Source: Eledone cirrhosa (taxonomy: Eukaryota). Taken from it: a stretch of 64,000 nucleotides of DNA. The position numbers and the translations under genes were made by a program. Under the pieces are notes generated by a model. The model ran no database searches. It was given only the letters and a program-made list of their open reading frames with translations, and was not told the DNA's origin. The stretch lies in the NCBI GenBank assembly GCA_964016885.1, contig OZ024742.1, positions 108,686,001 through 108,750,000 of the forward strand, in the 5' to 3' direction. Positions 1-13,500 of this stretch are shown piece by piece (within the stretch, counting starts at the first letter, position 1; the number at the start of each line of letters is the position of its first letter).

Positions 1-135
1 TGTTAGCATGTTGGTAGAGCACAGATGATTCTTTATTATCTTGAAGGTCTCGCAACATGACCCTCCCAAAGTATAACAATATCGGTTTCAACACACGATT
101 TCAGATAAAGAATCTTGCTAAACAAATTCAGAAAC

Positions 136-490
<355 letters not shown>

Positions 491-624
491 ATATATATAC
501 GTATATGTGTGATTTTGTCGCTATTGCTTTATGAGTGTGGATGTGTGTGTGAATTCAATTTTGTTTTTTGTTTTAATTTCTGTCTTTATTGTGATATTTA
601 CATTTTCTACTCTTGTCATATACT

Positions 625-810
625 TGTTTCTACTTTTGGCACCAGGCCAGCAATTATCCCAGTGTATTACTGGTACTTTATTTTATCGACCCCGTAAGGA
701 TGAAAGGCAAAGTTAACCTCGGCGGAATTTGAACTCAGATCATAAAGGGAGGTAACTCTATGCTTCAAAGCATGGCGCCCGACCCTTTACCAATACTGCC
801 AATCCAACGC
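625..810 (-). mobile_element. tRNA-derived SINE, young short-form subfamily (Meta-domain-like body)
   Basis: A box TGGCAGTATTGG, B box GAGTTCAAATTCC, body GCCTTTCATCCTTACGGGGTCGATAAAATAAAGTACC; 15-bp TSD CTCTTGTCATATACT at 610-624 and 811-825. Confidence 0.9.
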
Positions 811-969
811 CTCTTGTCATATACTGATATACAGATACACCTATATATACATACATTCACACATATATATATATACACACATATACATGCTTACTCACAT
901 ACATGAAAAGAAAGATGTATGTTTCTGTAAATAATGTATATATGCATGAGAGACAGACAGACATAGATA

Positions 970-1304
970 TATTTCTTTATTTGCCACAAGGGCACAAGAA
1001 AATGGGACAAAACAAGGACACGTGCCGGGGATTTTACATACAATCGTGTAAAAATATTGACAAACAATTATAACAATCGAAATCCCCAATAGGGGGGAGG
1101 CGCCACAAATGGGTTGTTTAATACCCCGTAGATAGAACAACCCTCAACTTCAGGAGCGTGTTGTGCAAGTGCTCCTTTCTTCCTTTTGCTTTCTTCTTCA
1201 ACCTACTGGCTTATATACAGAGAAGGTCCAATCACTCGTGCCATTTTTGCCACATTCACCCACCTTTCAGTAAATTTACCACTCTGATTCTCCTTCTAAA
1301 GTGG

Positions 1305-1305
<1 letters not shown>
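970..1305 (-). mobile_element. Tx1-type LINE, 5'-truncated 3' end (copy 1)
   Basis: Homologous to the ORF2 end and 3' UTR at 15298-15650 and 17570-17930; AATAAAGAAA terminus; flanked by GACA/GATA and (GATA)n. Confidence 0.8.

Positions 1306-1402
<97 letters not shown>
1306..1402. repeat. (GATA)n microsatellite
   Basis: Perfect tetranucleotide tract between two Tx1 copies. Confidence 0.95.
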
Positions 1403-1403
<1 letters not shown>

Positions 1404-2362
1404 CTTTCTTTTTATTTGTCACCAGGGCATCAAAATGTGGGACAAGTACAATGGGGGGAGTTTACATAAAAAGGCGTCCTCAATAAAGAGGAGGCAATAA
1501 CAAGATATGAAAATAAAATAAAATATAACAAAAATAAATTTAATAACAAAATCCTCAATAGGGAGGAGGCGCCTCGGAGGTCGCACACACCAACGAAAAA
1601 AAGTGTGCAACCCTTTTCCTGAGGAGCACAGAGAAGGGGTGCTCCCTTGATCTTTCATCTTCCTCACCTATAGTCTGATGTAGAGTGAAGGCCCATTCAC
1701 ACGGGCCATTCTCGCCACTTTCACCCATCTTTCATAAAAACAGCTGGGGTGCAGCACCTCTCTCTCCATCCTGATCCTTCTTCCGAAATGATATCGGAAG
1801 AAACGGACCAGTTGTTGGCCAGAGAGAAAGGTGTCTGACCTCAGTCCTTTCAGACGCGTCCACCATACAACCTCTTTCGCCATGGCTATTACGCACAGAA
1901 ACACCGCCTCTCCTTCGTTTTTGAAGAGGGGAGGCGGCTTGATCGTTACAATAGACTCGGTGGTCAACCGGATTGGTCCCACCCTTGACAGCAGTTGTTC
2001 GACATAGCCCCACAGATCGGCAATGCCCGAGCAGTGTACCAATGCGTGTGCAACGGTTTCCTCGTCGCACACGCATCTGGGGCAGATCTTTTTCGAGGGG
2101 TCCCTACCCGGGCGCCCATGTCTGTAGAGCCTTTCTCGAACGGGCAGAGCCCTTCTGTAGCATTGCCAGGCCAGGGACCTCTGGAAGTTATCCATGGGTC
2201 CCGGGCTGAATGTCCTACCGAACAGGTTGGCCAGTTCGTCTTCTCCAAGGGCGTCGTCGCACCTGCTAACCACCAGCCCTCTATAGAATGACGAGGTGGA
2301 TTCTCCACTGACAGCCGGGTCCGCCTGCCAGAGAGCCGTGAGCGCCTGGGCACACTCGGTGT
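1403..2362 (-). mobile_element. Tx1-type LINE, 5'-truncated (copy 2) with ORF2 C-terminal zinc-finger region
   Basis: Frame 1668-2362 encodes CPRCVCDEETVAHALVHC and closely matches 17807-18500; (GATA)n on both flanks (1306-1402, 2363-2472). Confidence 0.85.
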
Positions 2363-2363
2363 G

Positions 2364-2457
<94 letters not shown>

Positions 2458-2958
2458 GATAGATAGATAGATGTGTATGTGCGTAGGTGAATGTGTATAT
2501 AAGTAATGTACCTAATACATATATGTGTGTCTGTGTGCGTGTGGTTGTCTCTGGGGCGTGATTGTATTGTATGCAACTACGTAATGTATTTATATACAGA
2601 TATATAGATATGTGTGTGCGTCAGTGTATATATAAATATATGCATATATATATATGTGTGTGTGTGTGTGTGTCATTTTTTTTCCTTTTACCATAAAAAC
2701 ATTTATGCCTAGTTTTATTTCATTATGGATCGATATATGTGCGAATGCATGCGTATATATGTGTATATGTGTGTGTGCATATATGTGTGGGTGTATGTAT
2801 GGAGATATGTGTAGGTGTATGTATGCATTCATCTATTCGTTTGGTGATACTGAGAGCATTACACTTTAAAAATAGAATTTTCTTTTTCTTTCGTTTGCAA
2901 ACGACTTCCTTTATATCCATTTCTCTGTGTTTACATTTTTTTCTTTCTGAAAGCAGAT

Positions 2959-3067
<109 letters not shown>

Positions 3068-3097
3068 GTGTGTGTATATATACTGCTGGTGCACCTT

Positions 3098-3195
<98 letters not shown>

Positions 3196-3746
3196 TTAAA
3201 ACAATGAAATAAAAAAATCAAGTCATTAGAGATATACTTCACTGCTTTACGATCGTTTCTAGATGGTGATAATACATTGTATCTATACTCAGTTATTGAT
3301 CTATGTAAGTTTACAAACTATCTGATAGAGAGAATATTTACTTACATGCATATCACCAGCTGTTTTCAAAAGCAATAATAACAATAATAATTTTATTCAA
3401 TAATAATTACTCAGAATTAGTATCATGTCCATATATGGAGGTAGTTGAAGAACTAACGAATCAAATTGTTTTTTTCGTACGGTGTTAGATGAAAAGTAAT
3501 ACACTTTAGTTGAGGTCATGACCCTTTGAAAGGAATTGTTGAAAGGTGTTAGTAGAAATGGCATAAAAATCTATTAGGAAGGAAGGGGATTGTCAAACTG
3601 ATAGTTGAATGTATCTTGTATAGTGAATTTAAAAGGAATGTCAAAATAAATGGTGATTAGTGTTGTATTGAGTTTTAAGGTGAATATAAATTAATGTTAT
3701 GGCTAGGAAAGATAGTATATTAAAAGATGAAAATTATAATAAGATA

Positions 3747-3910
3747 ATTGTTTCTACTTTTTAGGCACAAGGCCAGCAATTAACCAGTGCATTACTGGTA
3801 CTTTATTTTATCGACCCCGTAAGGATTAAAGGCAAAGTCAACTTCGGCGGGATTTGAACTCAGATCGTAAAGGGACGTAACTACGCTGGAAAGCATGGCG
3901 TCCGACCCTA
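3747..3910 (-). mobile_element. tRNA-derived SINE, short form, 5'-truncated
   Basis: Near-identical to the other short-form copies. Confidence 0.85.
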
Positions 3911-4293
3911 ATGGGATAATATACAACTTAACCAACAGAATATAGTATGGTGTGGTAAATTGCACTCAGTATAATATAACATATTATATGCTCTAAAATA
4001 TTACTAAGTATGTTTATGCATAAACAATCAAACTCAGATAAGTACATGTTGGCATAGTTAAAACATAAATTTCATAGTCTACAAAGTGCATATATTCACA
4101 TCACATATAGAGAGAGGTACAGTTATATTGATATCTAACCAAAATATACATACGTGCAAATAGATGCAAACTTAAATACACATCCACACGCATGAATATA
4201 ATCATATATATACATATCCATACATATCTATATCCACACATACACATCTATACCCCCATATATACATATACATATACAGATACATACACATAT

Positions 4294-4354
<61 letters not shown>

Positions 4355-4452
4355 TACATACATACATATATACATACAGATATATACATATATATATACA
4401 CATATATATATATACATATATATACATATACAACACACACACACACACACAT

Positions 4453-4512
<60 letters not shown>

Positions 4513-4609
4513 CACTTGTGTGAGCATATGTACACTCCTCTTACATGTGCACATACTCATATATAAACATTCATACACCTATACTCACATATATACACAC
4601 ACAAACACT

Positions 4610-5782
4610 TTTAGACTCCAGATATAAGCTGAAAGTGACGCTGGCGCCGCTGAGGCCCTGGAAATACTCTACGCCACAGACCACATCTTTAACAAAAAAT
4701 CTGAGGCAATTTCGGCTTGTAAACATAAATTGCACAACACTTTCCTGTATTACAGCCCCACGTTATACCCTAACGGATAGTACGATCTATACGTGGATTT
4801 TTTACATCTTGGTGTGGTAGCTAAGTATATGTTTTGTTTATACCATTACTTATTTGCATAGGTAAGTATATATTACCTGTATGTTTTGTGAAGGTACGTA
4901 TACTTTCTCATACGTATATTTGATTGTATATGTTATGGCTTATACTTTTATATATTCTGGTACATATGGTTTGGTTATGTGTATACGGAAGTTTTGCGTC
5001 TGCGTGAGTATGCAGGTTCGTACGTATGTAGGGTGTGTGAATATGTGTACTTCATGTTTTGGCTGACTTACGTCTTCGAACATTTGTGTATTTGCATGTA
5101 GGTATGTGGGTGCGCTTGTTATATACGTATTTATTTATTTATATACGTTTATTTAATTATTTATTTGTATACACGACCACACACACACACACATATTTAT
5201 ATGTGCGTGGTTTTGTATACCTATGGTAAGTGTTTTGCGTATGCTTGTGTATGTACGTATTTGAATGTGTGTATGCATTTATTTAATTTCTATTACCCCT
5301 GTATTGTATTTATTTACTTTATTCTTAACTCTGAAGCGGAGATTCATTCGGTTTCTTAGTTAGAATTTAGTCTACGCCTTCAGCTATACCATTTACGTGG
5401 TTTTGTCTTTGCGTGCAATTGTTCTCCACGCTCCACATATGACGTATTATCTTCGTTTTTTCCGTTCTTTGACAGAGAACGTCTCTATGAACCACCTAAG
5501 AGAACATTAGTCTACGACCTCTTTTATACCACAAACGTGGTTCTGTCTTTGCGCGTAATTGTTTTTCACCGCTCCTATTAATGACGTATTATATTCGTTT
5601 TTTCCCGTTCTTTGCCAGGGAACGTTTCCACGAACCAAAGTATCGTCTTCCTGTCTTCCTCCGGTTGCAACGTTTTTTGAAATATCCACTTCTGCGTTTA
5701 CAGATTGACTTTGTTAGTTTCAGAAGATCCCGTTAAGGGTGAAAGCAGCGATTCTTTGCTTAAACTTTAATCTGTTATTTTA

Positions 5783-5788
<6 letters not shown>
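4610..5788 (+). mobile_element. Penelope-like element (Naiad-type), 5'-truncated: endonuclease C-terminus plus 3' UTR
   Basis: From 4649 translates AEALEILYATDHIFNKKSEAISACKHK, matching the E..I...N.KSE..S.C.H tail of the GIY-YIG at 34061-34690; hammerhead near the 3' end; abuts (TA)n. Confidence 0.65.
5716..5766 (+). ncRNA. Type I hammerhead ribozyme motif (U4A substitution)
   Basis: AGTTT-CAGAAGA-TCCC gttaa GGGT-GAAA-GCA..TGC-TT-AAACT; stems I, II and III all pair. Confidence 0.65.
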
Positions 5789-5853
<65 letters not shown>

Positions 5854-5995
5854 AAAGTTCTATTTAAATTGTTGGGATACAACAAGTAAATATTTTATGA
5901 CTGATATAAAGCACTCGACTGATGTCTTCTAAAAATAACGGTCGCATTTTGAAAGGGTACGTCAATGTTTATTTATAAAACTGGTATATATTGTA

Positions 5996-6056
5996 TTTTG
6001 TCTGATGAAGGCATACCATAATTTAACTTGGTATCCTTGAAATATGTATAATGAAA
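5996..6056 (+). ncRNA. Type I hammerhead ribozyme, canonical core, in a Naiad-type terminal fragment (about 5850-6100)
   Basis: TTTTGT-CTGATGA-AGGcATACCA..TGGTATCCTT-GAAA-TATGTA-TA-ATGAAA; same family as 32291, 46741 and 55307. Confidence 0.8.
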
Positions 6057-6154
6057 TAAATATGGTTTTATAAATATAGTTTCCATTTGTTAATATCGTA
6101 TATATATATATATATATATCGTATATATATATATATATATATACATACATACAT

Positions 6155-6240
<86 letters not shown>

Positions 6241-6369
6241 TTTATACATACATACATACATACATACATACATACATACATACATACATACATGCATACA
6301 TACATACATACATACATACATACATACATACATACATACATACATACATACATACATACATACATACAT

Positions 6370-6921
6370 GGTGGCTGCCAACTCGTTTTCGAGTACGGCT
6401 ACTACTTTATATCCATGTAGGAGAACGCCTACCGATGCGCTGACGAGTGTGACTTTTTAGTCCAGCCAGCGACTTGAAAACTCTGGTACAAACACTACAC
6501 TTGTGACAATTATTGACACATAGTGCTGGGCCCATGGTACCATGTGACGACAAGTAAAGAGAGATCTCCAGAAATAAAGCAATGCCTGTGCCGTGAAGCT
6601 TTTATAGTGAGCAAAGGCACTGCACAAAGCCAGTCCCACTCTCATAACCAAGATGATATTTACCAAAAAGAAGAACAAGTCAACATCATTGGATACCATC
6701 AGGGTTGCAGGTGTTATATCAGAGTTTTCCTTCTCCTAGAATTCTGCCTTGACAAAGGCTAAGGGGTCATCTCTCCCGGTGATTTAGGATGGCCATTGAC
6801 TCTTAAGAGCTCCTTTGCCCTTTGACAGGTTTTGTTTTTAGTCCTGCAGGATGTCCAAAGTCACCCTCCTCACCCAGAAACCTTGGTGGGGTTGCCAGTT
6901 TAGTCGCCAACGACCAACGAC
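6370..6921 (-). mobile_element. Non-autonomous RTE-derived element (5' UTR-like plus 3' end), in (CATA)n
   Basis: Reverse complement of about 36298-36844; contains the RTE 5' UTR-like motif CTAGGAGAAGGAAAACTCTGA; no RT coding; (TACA)n on both sides. Confidence 0.7.
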
Positions 6922-7170
6922 ATACATACATACATACATACATACATACATACATACATACATACATACATACATACATACATACATAAATGAAATGTCT
7001 CGCTTTCTACACACAATTCTAACTATCCCAATAACTTTTTGTAGTTATTGCTCGCACCAGTCTGAGCTATATGGTCTTTAATGCGAAGAAATACCAATGA
7101 TGGTTGGAAGATCACTGATGACGGACAGTCCTGTTTTCTTGTTCTAATTTTATTCATATATATATATATA

Positions 7171-7716
7171 TAGTTAAAGAAAGAAGAGTAACATGGTAGG
7201 CTGTACAATATGGGTTTTATTTAAATTACTGACAATTGTTTCGTTGATCAGGTGTGTCTAGAGTTCGCTAATCGCTTGAGGATGCGTCAATCGAACTCCA
7301 ATACATTGTTTACCACTGGTCAACACATCAGAACACGTAGATATGAAAATAGTTCACTCGAGCCAAGACTTATATAGAAAAGTAGCGTAACACCAAAACA
7401 ATAACATCAATAATAAAATAGCGTTTAAATAAAACAATAACATCAATAGTAAAACATATATGGTAAATAGATGGAGAAGTTACAGGTGTAAAACAGTGAA
7501 ATGGGGTAGGGTACATTAAAAAGTAATAATAATAAGAAGAAAATGAGGAAATGGAGAATACAAAGAAATAAAAGAAATAAAAGAAATAAAGGAATCAGAT
7601 AGTGTACATAGAATTACATTTTAGTAGATCTTTTTACAGATCAACGAAACAATTGTCAGTACTTTAAATAAAGCCCTTATTGTACAGCCTACCATGTTAC
7701 TCTTCTTTCTTTAATT
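7171..7716 (-). mobile_element. Hammerhead-bearing Penelope-type terminal fragment with inverted duplication
   Basis: 7171-7249 is the inverted repeat of 7640-7716; 3' end abuts (TA)n. Confidence 0.7.
7226..7336 (-). ncRNA. Type I hammerhead motif with long stem II (A9U substitution)
   Basis: Minus strand GTGTT-CTGATGT-GTTGACCAG...CTGATCAAC-GAAA-CAATTG-TC-AGTAA; palindromic minimal stem III. Confidence 0.65.
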
Positions 7717-7863
7717 ATTATTACTCCAAGTTATAACCTGCATAGTAATTACCGCGAACTCGCTGCATAGCTATGAAAACATCTTGTTGAGTCAAACAAA
7801 GCCGTACGTTAAAACTATCCACGACGCGGAATACTGGGTTACCTCTAACGATAACTTGTTATC

Positions 7864-7949
<86 letters not shown>

Positions 7950-7974
7950 GATAACAAGTTATAGGTAATCCAGG

Positions 7975-8017
<43 letters not shown>

Positions 8018-8020
<3 letters not shown>

Positions 8021-9998
8021 GTTGCAGCGTCTTCACAGGCGATTGCCGTCTCTTACTGATTCTTCGTTATCATCCCATCTGCGTCCATGACTTCGTAGAT
8101 GACTTTGTAGGCCAGCTGTAGATCTGCATAGCTTACGACACAGGTGACAGAAGAGAGTTGTGCTTTCCGCGTGACTTCAGGGGATTAATATAACCAGCCT
8201 TTGAGAGGAGTACACGCTGACAAGACTCTGAGCACAGCCCTTCCGGAGCTGACACTTCAGTTGTTTATGTTCAAGACGACATTCCTCAAAAGTTTTGCAA
8301 CTGACCTTTATACGCTTTTTCCACTCAGCTATCTATATAGTTATCTCCTCCCAGTTGTCTATATCAAATGCTAGCTCTTTCAAGTTGTTCTTGATGCTGT
8401 CCTTGAACCTTCTTTTCGGTTTGTGTTGAGGCCTTTTTCCAAGATAGAGCTCACCGTAAAACAGTTGCTTCGGGATCCTGCTTTCTTTCATGCGGACGAT
8501 ATGTCCTGTCCAGCACATTTGAAAAGATGTTCCTTGAGACTTAATGCTTGGACATTCTGCTTTGATAAGGACATGGATGTCAGGAGTTCTGTCTTGCCAC
8601 TTGATACTGAATATGTGCCTTAAACATTTCTGCTGAAAACACTCAAGCAATTTGGTGCGTTTGCGAAATAGTGTCCAGGTTGCGACGGAGTATAAAAGAG
8701 CAACCAGAACACATGATCTATACACACACACCTTGGTATTGTTGGTAATGTTGCGATTTGCCCAAACTCTTTTTTCCAATTTTCCGAAGGCAACAGAGGC
8801 CTTCTGTATGCGCAGATGTATTTCAGCATCGGAGGAGCCATCATTTGAGAGTGTTCTACCCAAGAAGATAAATTTATCTACTACTCCCAACATTGTTCCA
8901 TCAATCCTATTGGATTCAGTATATGAGCGGGGGTAAACATTACTTTGGCCTTTTTAAGGCTGATTTTAAGTCCAAATGCTGTACACGAGGATGAAAAACG
9001 GTCCATAAAGTCTTGCATGTCAGCTTCTGTGTGTGTTAGGGAGTCAGCGTCATCGGCGTAAGGAATGTGCTTGATCAAAGCTTGAAAGGTTTTTGTCTTG
9101 ACATTAAACCTTCTAAAGTTGAAAACCTTTCCAGTGGTTCTGAGCCGTAAAAGAATGCCTCTGTCACAATCATAGAAACCATGTGTGAGCAAGGCAGAAA
9201 AGAAGATGGAGAAAAGCGTAGGAGCAGGAATATCACCTTGCTTTGCCCCGTTGTTAATTGGGATTTCCCCAGATAGTTGACCATTGAAGGTAACTTGAGC
9301 TTTCATATTTCTGTGAAGCTTGCATACTCAAAACTTTAGTGGACATCTTACTTTTCCAAGTATTATCCAATGTGCTTCTCTATTAACTGCGTCAAAAGCC
9401 TTCGTTAGGTCGACAAAGACTTGATATAGAGGGACACACTGCTCAATACATTTTTCTTGTATTTATCTTACAGAGAAAATCATGACAACTGTTCCCCTTC
9501 CTCCTCTAAAACCACTCTGTGATTCTGTGATAGCTATAGGGCAAATATCCTCCTCCAGTCTGTTGAGCAAAAGTCTTGCGAGAACCTTGCCCACAGCTTC
9601 CAACAAAGTGATACCACGGCAGTTTCTACATATCGATTTTTCATCTTTGCCTTTGTATAATCATAACAGAATACCGTTGATCCAGTCGTGCAGAACCGGG
9701 GTCCCATTCCAGCAATCAGTGATGTTGTTTATTGCTTCTGTTACAGTATCACTACCGACTTTCAGCAGTTCGACTGGGATACCATCTGGGCCTGGTGTCT
9801 TGCCAGAGTTAATCTGCTTCACTGCCAGCTTTATTTCATCAGCAGAGGGAAGCCGATGCATACAGTGGACTGCTTCCCATTGAGGAAGGCCCTCTATCAC
9901 TCCAAAATTGACTGATGATGGGTTTTCAAACAAGTCAATAAAATGTTCCTCCCAACACTGAAGGATTTTTGATGGCTCTTTGATGATGATATTGATCT
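8018..9998 (-). mobile_element. RTE-clade (BovB-like) LINE, 5'-truncated, decayed RT
   Basis: Fragments GKTPGPDGIPVE, VDLTKAFDAVNR, GAKQGDIPAPTLF, YADD, RIPKQLFYGEL; many frameshifts. Confidence 0.9.
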
Positions 9999-10103
9999 TT
10001 AGCTTTCAGAGCAGTTACTGAGGATGTTGGTGGACCGAAGACTTGGCGTATCAATGATTATATATACACACATATATATACACATACATATATATACATA
10101 TAC

Positions 10104-10214
<111 letters not shown>

Positions 10215-10513
10215 GTTCAAGAGTAACCAATCTTAAAGAGAGAGATGGAGATAGTAGAGGAGATATGAGAGGAGAGATTGGTGAGTTAGTTAGAAGCCGA
10301 AGCGTAAAGGCATGTGCTCAATGTGCAATATGCAGTAGAAAGCAGCTAGGTGGCTGGGTTTATGCAGATGTTAGGCGCGCAGAGCTGGAAATATTCATTA
10401 GTTAAGCAAAACAAGACCACAAACTTCACAAGGAAGACATTATTAAAAGATTGTCAACATATTTTAGTTTGATGTAAGGAATGTAGAGAATAATAATAAT
10501 AATATTAATAATA

Positions 10514-10546
<33 letters not shown>

Positions 10547-10559
10547 GTTATTGTTATTC

Positions 10560-13500
10560 CTTGAATCTCAGTCATTGATGTTGGTTAACTGGAAAGTCCG
10601 TTGGATTGAATATCAAGCCACTACCTGCAGCCTCAGATATTCAGGACGTATCGGAGGGTTCTTGCCGTTCCAAGCAAGCATGCCTTTTGAAGCGTTCCAA
10701 AAAGCGTGAAGGGGCCGATTTTCTTTAACCATCCCTGGAAACCTTTGGAGATAGTCCCCAGTGCGCCTATGACAATCGGGATCACTTTGACTTCATGGCA
10801 GTTCCAAATCCTTTTCACCTCCCACTTTAGGTCCTGGTATCGGTTAATTTTCTCCCTCTCCTTCTCTTGCACTCTCGTGTCGAACGGACAGGCCACATCC
10901 ACAATCAGGCACGATCTTTTTTCTTTGTCCACAACCACCAGGTCAGGTCTATTGTGTTCCAGTTTTTTGTCCGTCTGTATCCTAAAATCCCACAGCACCT
11001 TCACCTGACTGTTCTCCATCACCGCCTCTGGCCTATGCTCATACCATTTCTCAGAATGTGGTAGATTGTTTACTTTGCACAGGTGCCAGTGGATCACCCT
11101 GCCCATCACATCGTGTCTCCAGCCCTTATAGTGGGTCTGGGCTAGGTGTTTACACTCGGACACAATGTGGGCCACAGTCTCCTCTCTCTCTCCACAGATC
11201 CTGCACAGTGGGCTAGCCTCCTCCTTGTAGATATGGTGCTTCAACCACTTCGTTTTGAGGGCCTGCTCCTGCGCAGCCATTAGCATTCCTTCTGTAGCCT
11301 TTTTGAGGTCTCCTCTTCTCAACCAGTTCCATGTCTGTGGATCTCTAAATTCAGTTTTCTCAAAGAAGGTACTATGAAGGGATTTTCCCTTAAGGCTGCT
11401 CTTCCTCCTTGATGTTATTTCCTCCTTGGATATCCCCTGGCCTACTGTCCCCTCCTTCAGTACAGCTCTGAGCATTGGCTCCTTACTATAGGTCACGTAT
11501 TTGTATAGGTTGTTTTTCTCCATCTGAACACAGTCCTCTATGCTGATAAGACCTCTTCCACCCTCAGATCTCCTTAGGTAGAGTCTATCGACATCACTCC
11601 TCTTGTGGAACATGTTGTAGATAGTCAATAGCTTCCTAGTCTTCCTATCCATTTCTTTTTGTTCAGCAACATTCCATCTCAGAATTCCCGCACTGTACCT
11701 AATAATAGACACAGCTCGGGAATTTACTGCGCTTATGGCATTTCTGCTGTTCAGATGTGACTTCAATACGCTCCTTACTCTCCGAATGTATTCAGTTCTT
11801 AACAATTCCTTCATTTTTTTGTTCTTTATGCCATCAGCCTCCAGAACGCCCAAATACTTGTATCCTTCCTCAGAGTCAATTTCCTTTATCATCTCACCTG
11901 TTGGTATCTGGATCCCGTTACTTCTGCTCAACCTACCCCTCCTCATCACAATGACTCCACATTTACCAATACCAAACTGCATACATATATCACTGCTGAA
12001 AATACGGACAGTGTCAACAAGCACATCCAACTCCTTCTCACTTTTCCCGAAGAGCTTAAGATCGTCCATGAAGAGGAGGTGATTGATGGTAAGCTCTCCC
12101 CTTCCCAACTTGTATCCTGCTCTCACTTTTCGCAGCATAATGGTCAAGGGCATCAGGGCAAGGACAAACAACAGAGGGGACAGGCTATCTCCCTGGAAGA
12201 TACCTCTCTTGATCTTCACGCTTCCCAAGGATACTCCAGTTGATGTCAACTCTGTCTCCCAGGACCCCATACTCCTGCCCAGCAACTGTCTGATGTTATC
12301 TGCCACCCTGAAGATCTCCAGGCTTTTGGTGATCCAGGAATGAGGCACCATGTCAAATGCCTTTCTGTAGTCTATCCATCCCATGGCAAGATCAGTGTGT
12401 CTCCTCCTGCAATTCCCCATTACCATCTTATCAATAAGCAACTGGTCCTTTGTACAACGTGACTTCTTTCGGCATCCTTTCTGTTCGTCCGGTAACAAGT
12501 TGTTTGTGTGGAGGTGATGGTAGATTTCCTCAGACACAATGCTCGTCAACAGTTTCCACATTACGGGCAGACATGTGATAGGTCTATAGTTGGTAACATC
12601 ATTACCCTTGCTTCGGTCTTTCATTATCAGAACTGTGGTACCTTTTGTCAACCACTCTGGCACCTCACCCGACACCAAGCAGTCATTGAACATGGCCGTC
12701 AGCTTCGGGTGGAGGGATGTTAAATGTTTAATCCAATACCCCTGCACACCATCTGGGCCTGGTGATTTCCAGTTGGTTAGTTTTTTGGCTTGCCCCTTAA
12801 GAGTTTCAACTGTGATACTCAAATCAGTCTGTTGTTGTGCCTGCTCACCGATCTCCCTCTGTACTGTCTCAATCCACCCTGCCTGGGCATTGTGTCTAAC
12901 ATCCTGCTCCCATATTCCTCTCCAGAATGTTTTAGCTTGTTCCGCCCCAGGGATCAAGTCGTTGCCTCTTTCTTTCCCCTCAAGCTGTCCAAACAGCATC
13001 TTCTGGTTGTTGTCGAACATGCGGTTCTGTTTATACTGACTGACTCTGTTCTCGTATCGCCTGATTTTGGCACTCTTTGCTACAATGCGTTGCTTCAATT
13101 CCTCTATGATAATATTTAGCTTTTTACTCCTAGTTTTGTATTTTATTTCCAGTCTATTTTTAGTGCCTATGTTTTTTAGTGTCCCATTCAGTAGTGACTC
13201 AAGCTTTCCTATGTCATTTCTCATTTCCCCGATTTGCCCACTCAGTCGCTTCTTCCACCACGGCTCTGCTCTTTCTTGTCTGTTGTTTCCTCTCGCTTTT
13301 ATACCAAGTAGTTTCCTCACCGTATTTGCTGTTGCTTTGAGGATATTGTTGCACTGGTGAAGACTCCTCGCCTCAAGGTATGGGATGACTTTGTTTACCT
13401 TAGCTGTTGTTTCTTTTAACTTTTTCCTGTCTACAAATCTTAGGTTCATAGGTCTCCCACTATCATTGTTCAACTCATCTACCACTAAATTTAGGATGTC

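Noticed and set aside
55-137. Repeat shared with 57891-57957 (partly inverted) and about 25410-25485 as another hammerhead family
   Set aside because: The repeat is real, but the minus-strand CTGAAAT..GAAA segment lacks G8/A9 and a stem II; left unclassified
3225-3310. Plus-strand exon candidates ending in GTAAGT (also about 61363-61532) or following acceptors (24289, 27025)
   Set aside because: Each lacks one good splice site or contains stops, no homology is recognised, and such motifs are expected by chance in AT-rich DNA
7114-7145. Hammerhead starting CTGATGA-cGGAcagTCC
   Set aside because: GAAA, stem III and the cleavage triplet are missing; at most a remnant
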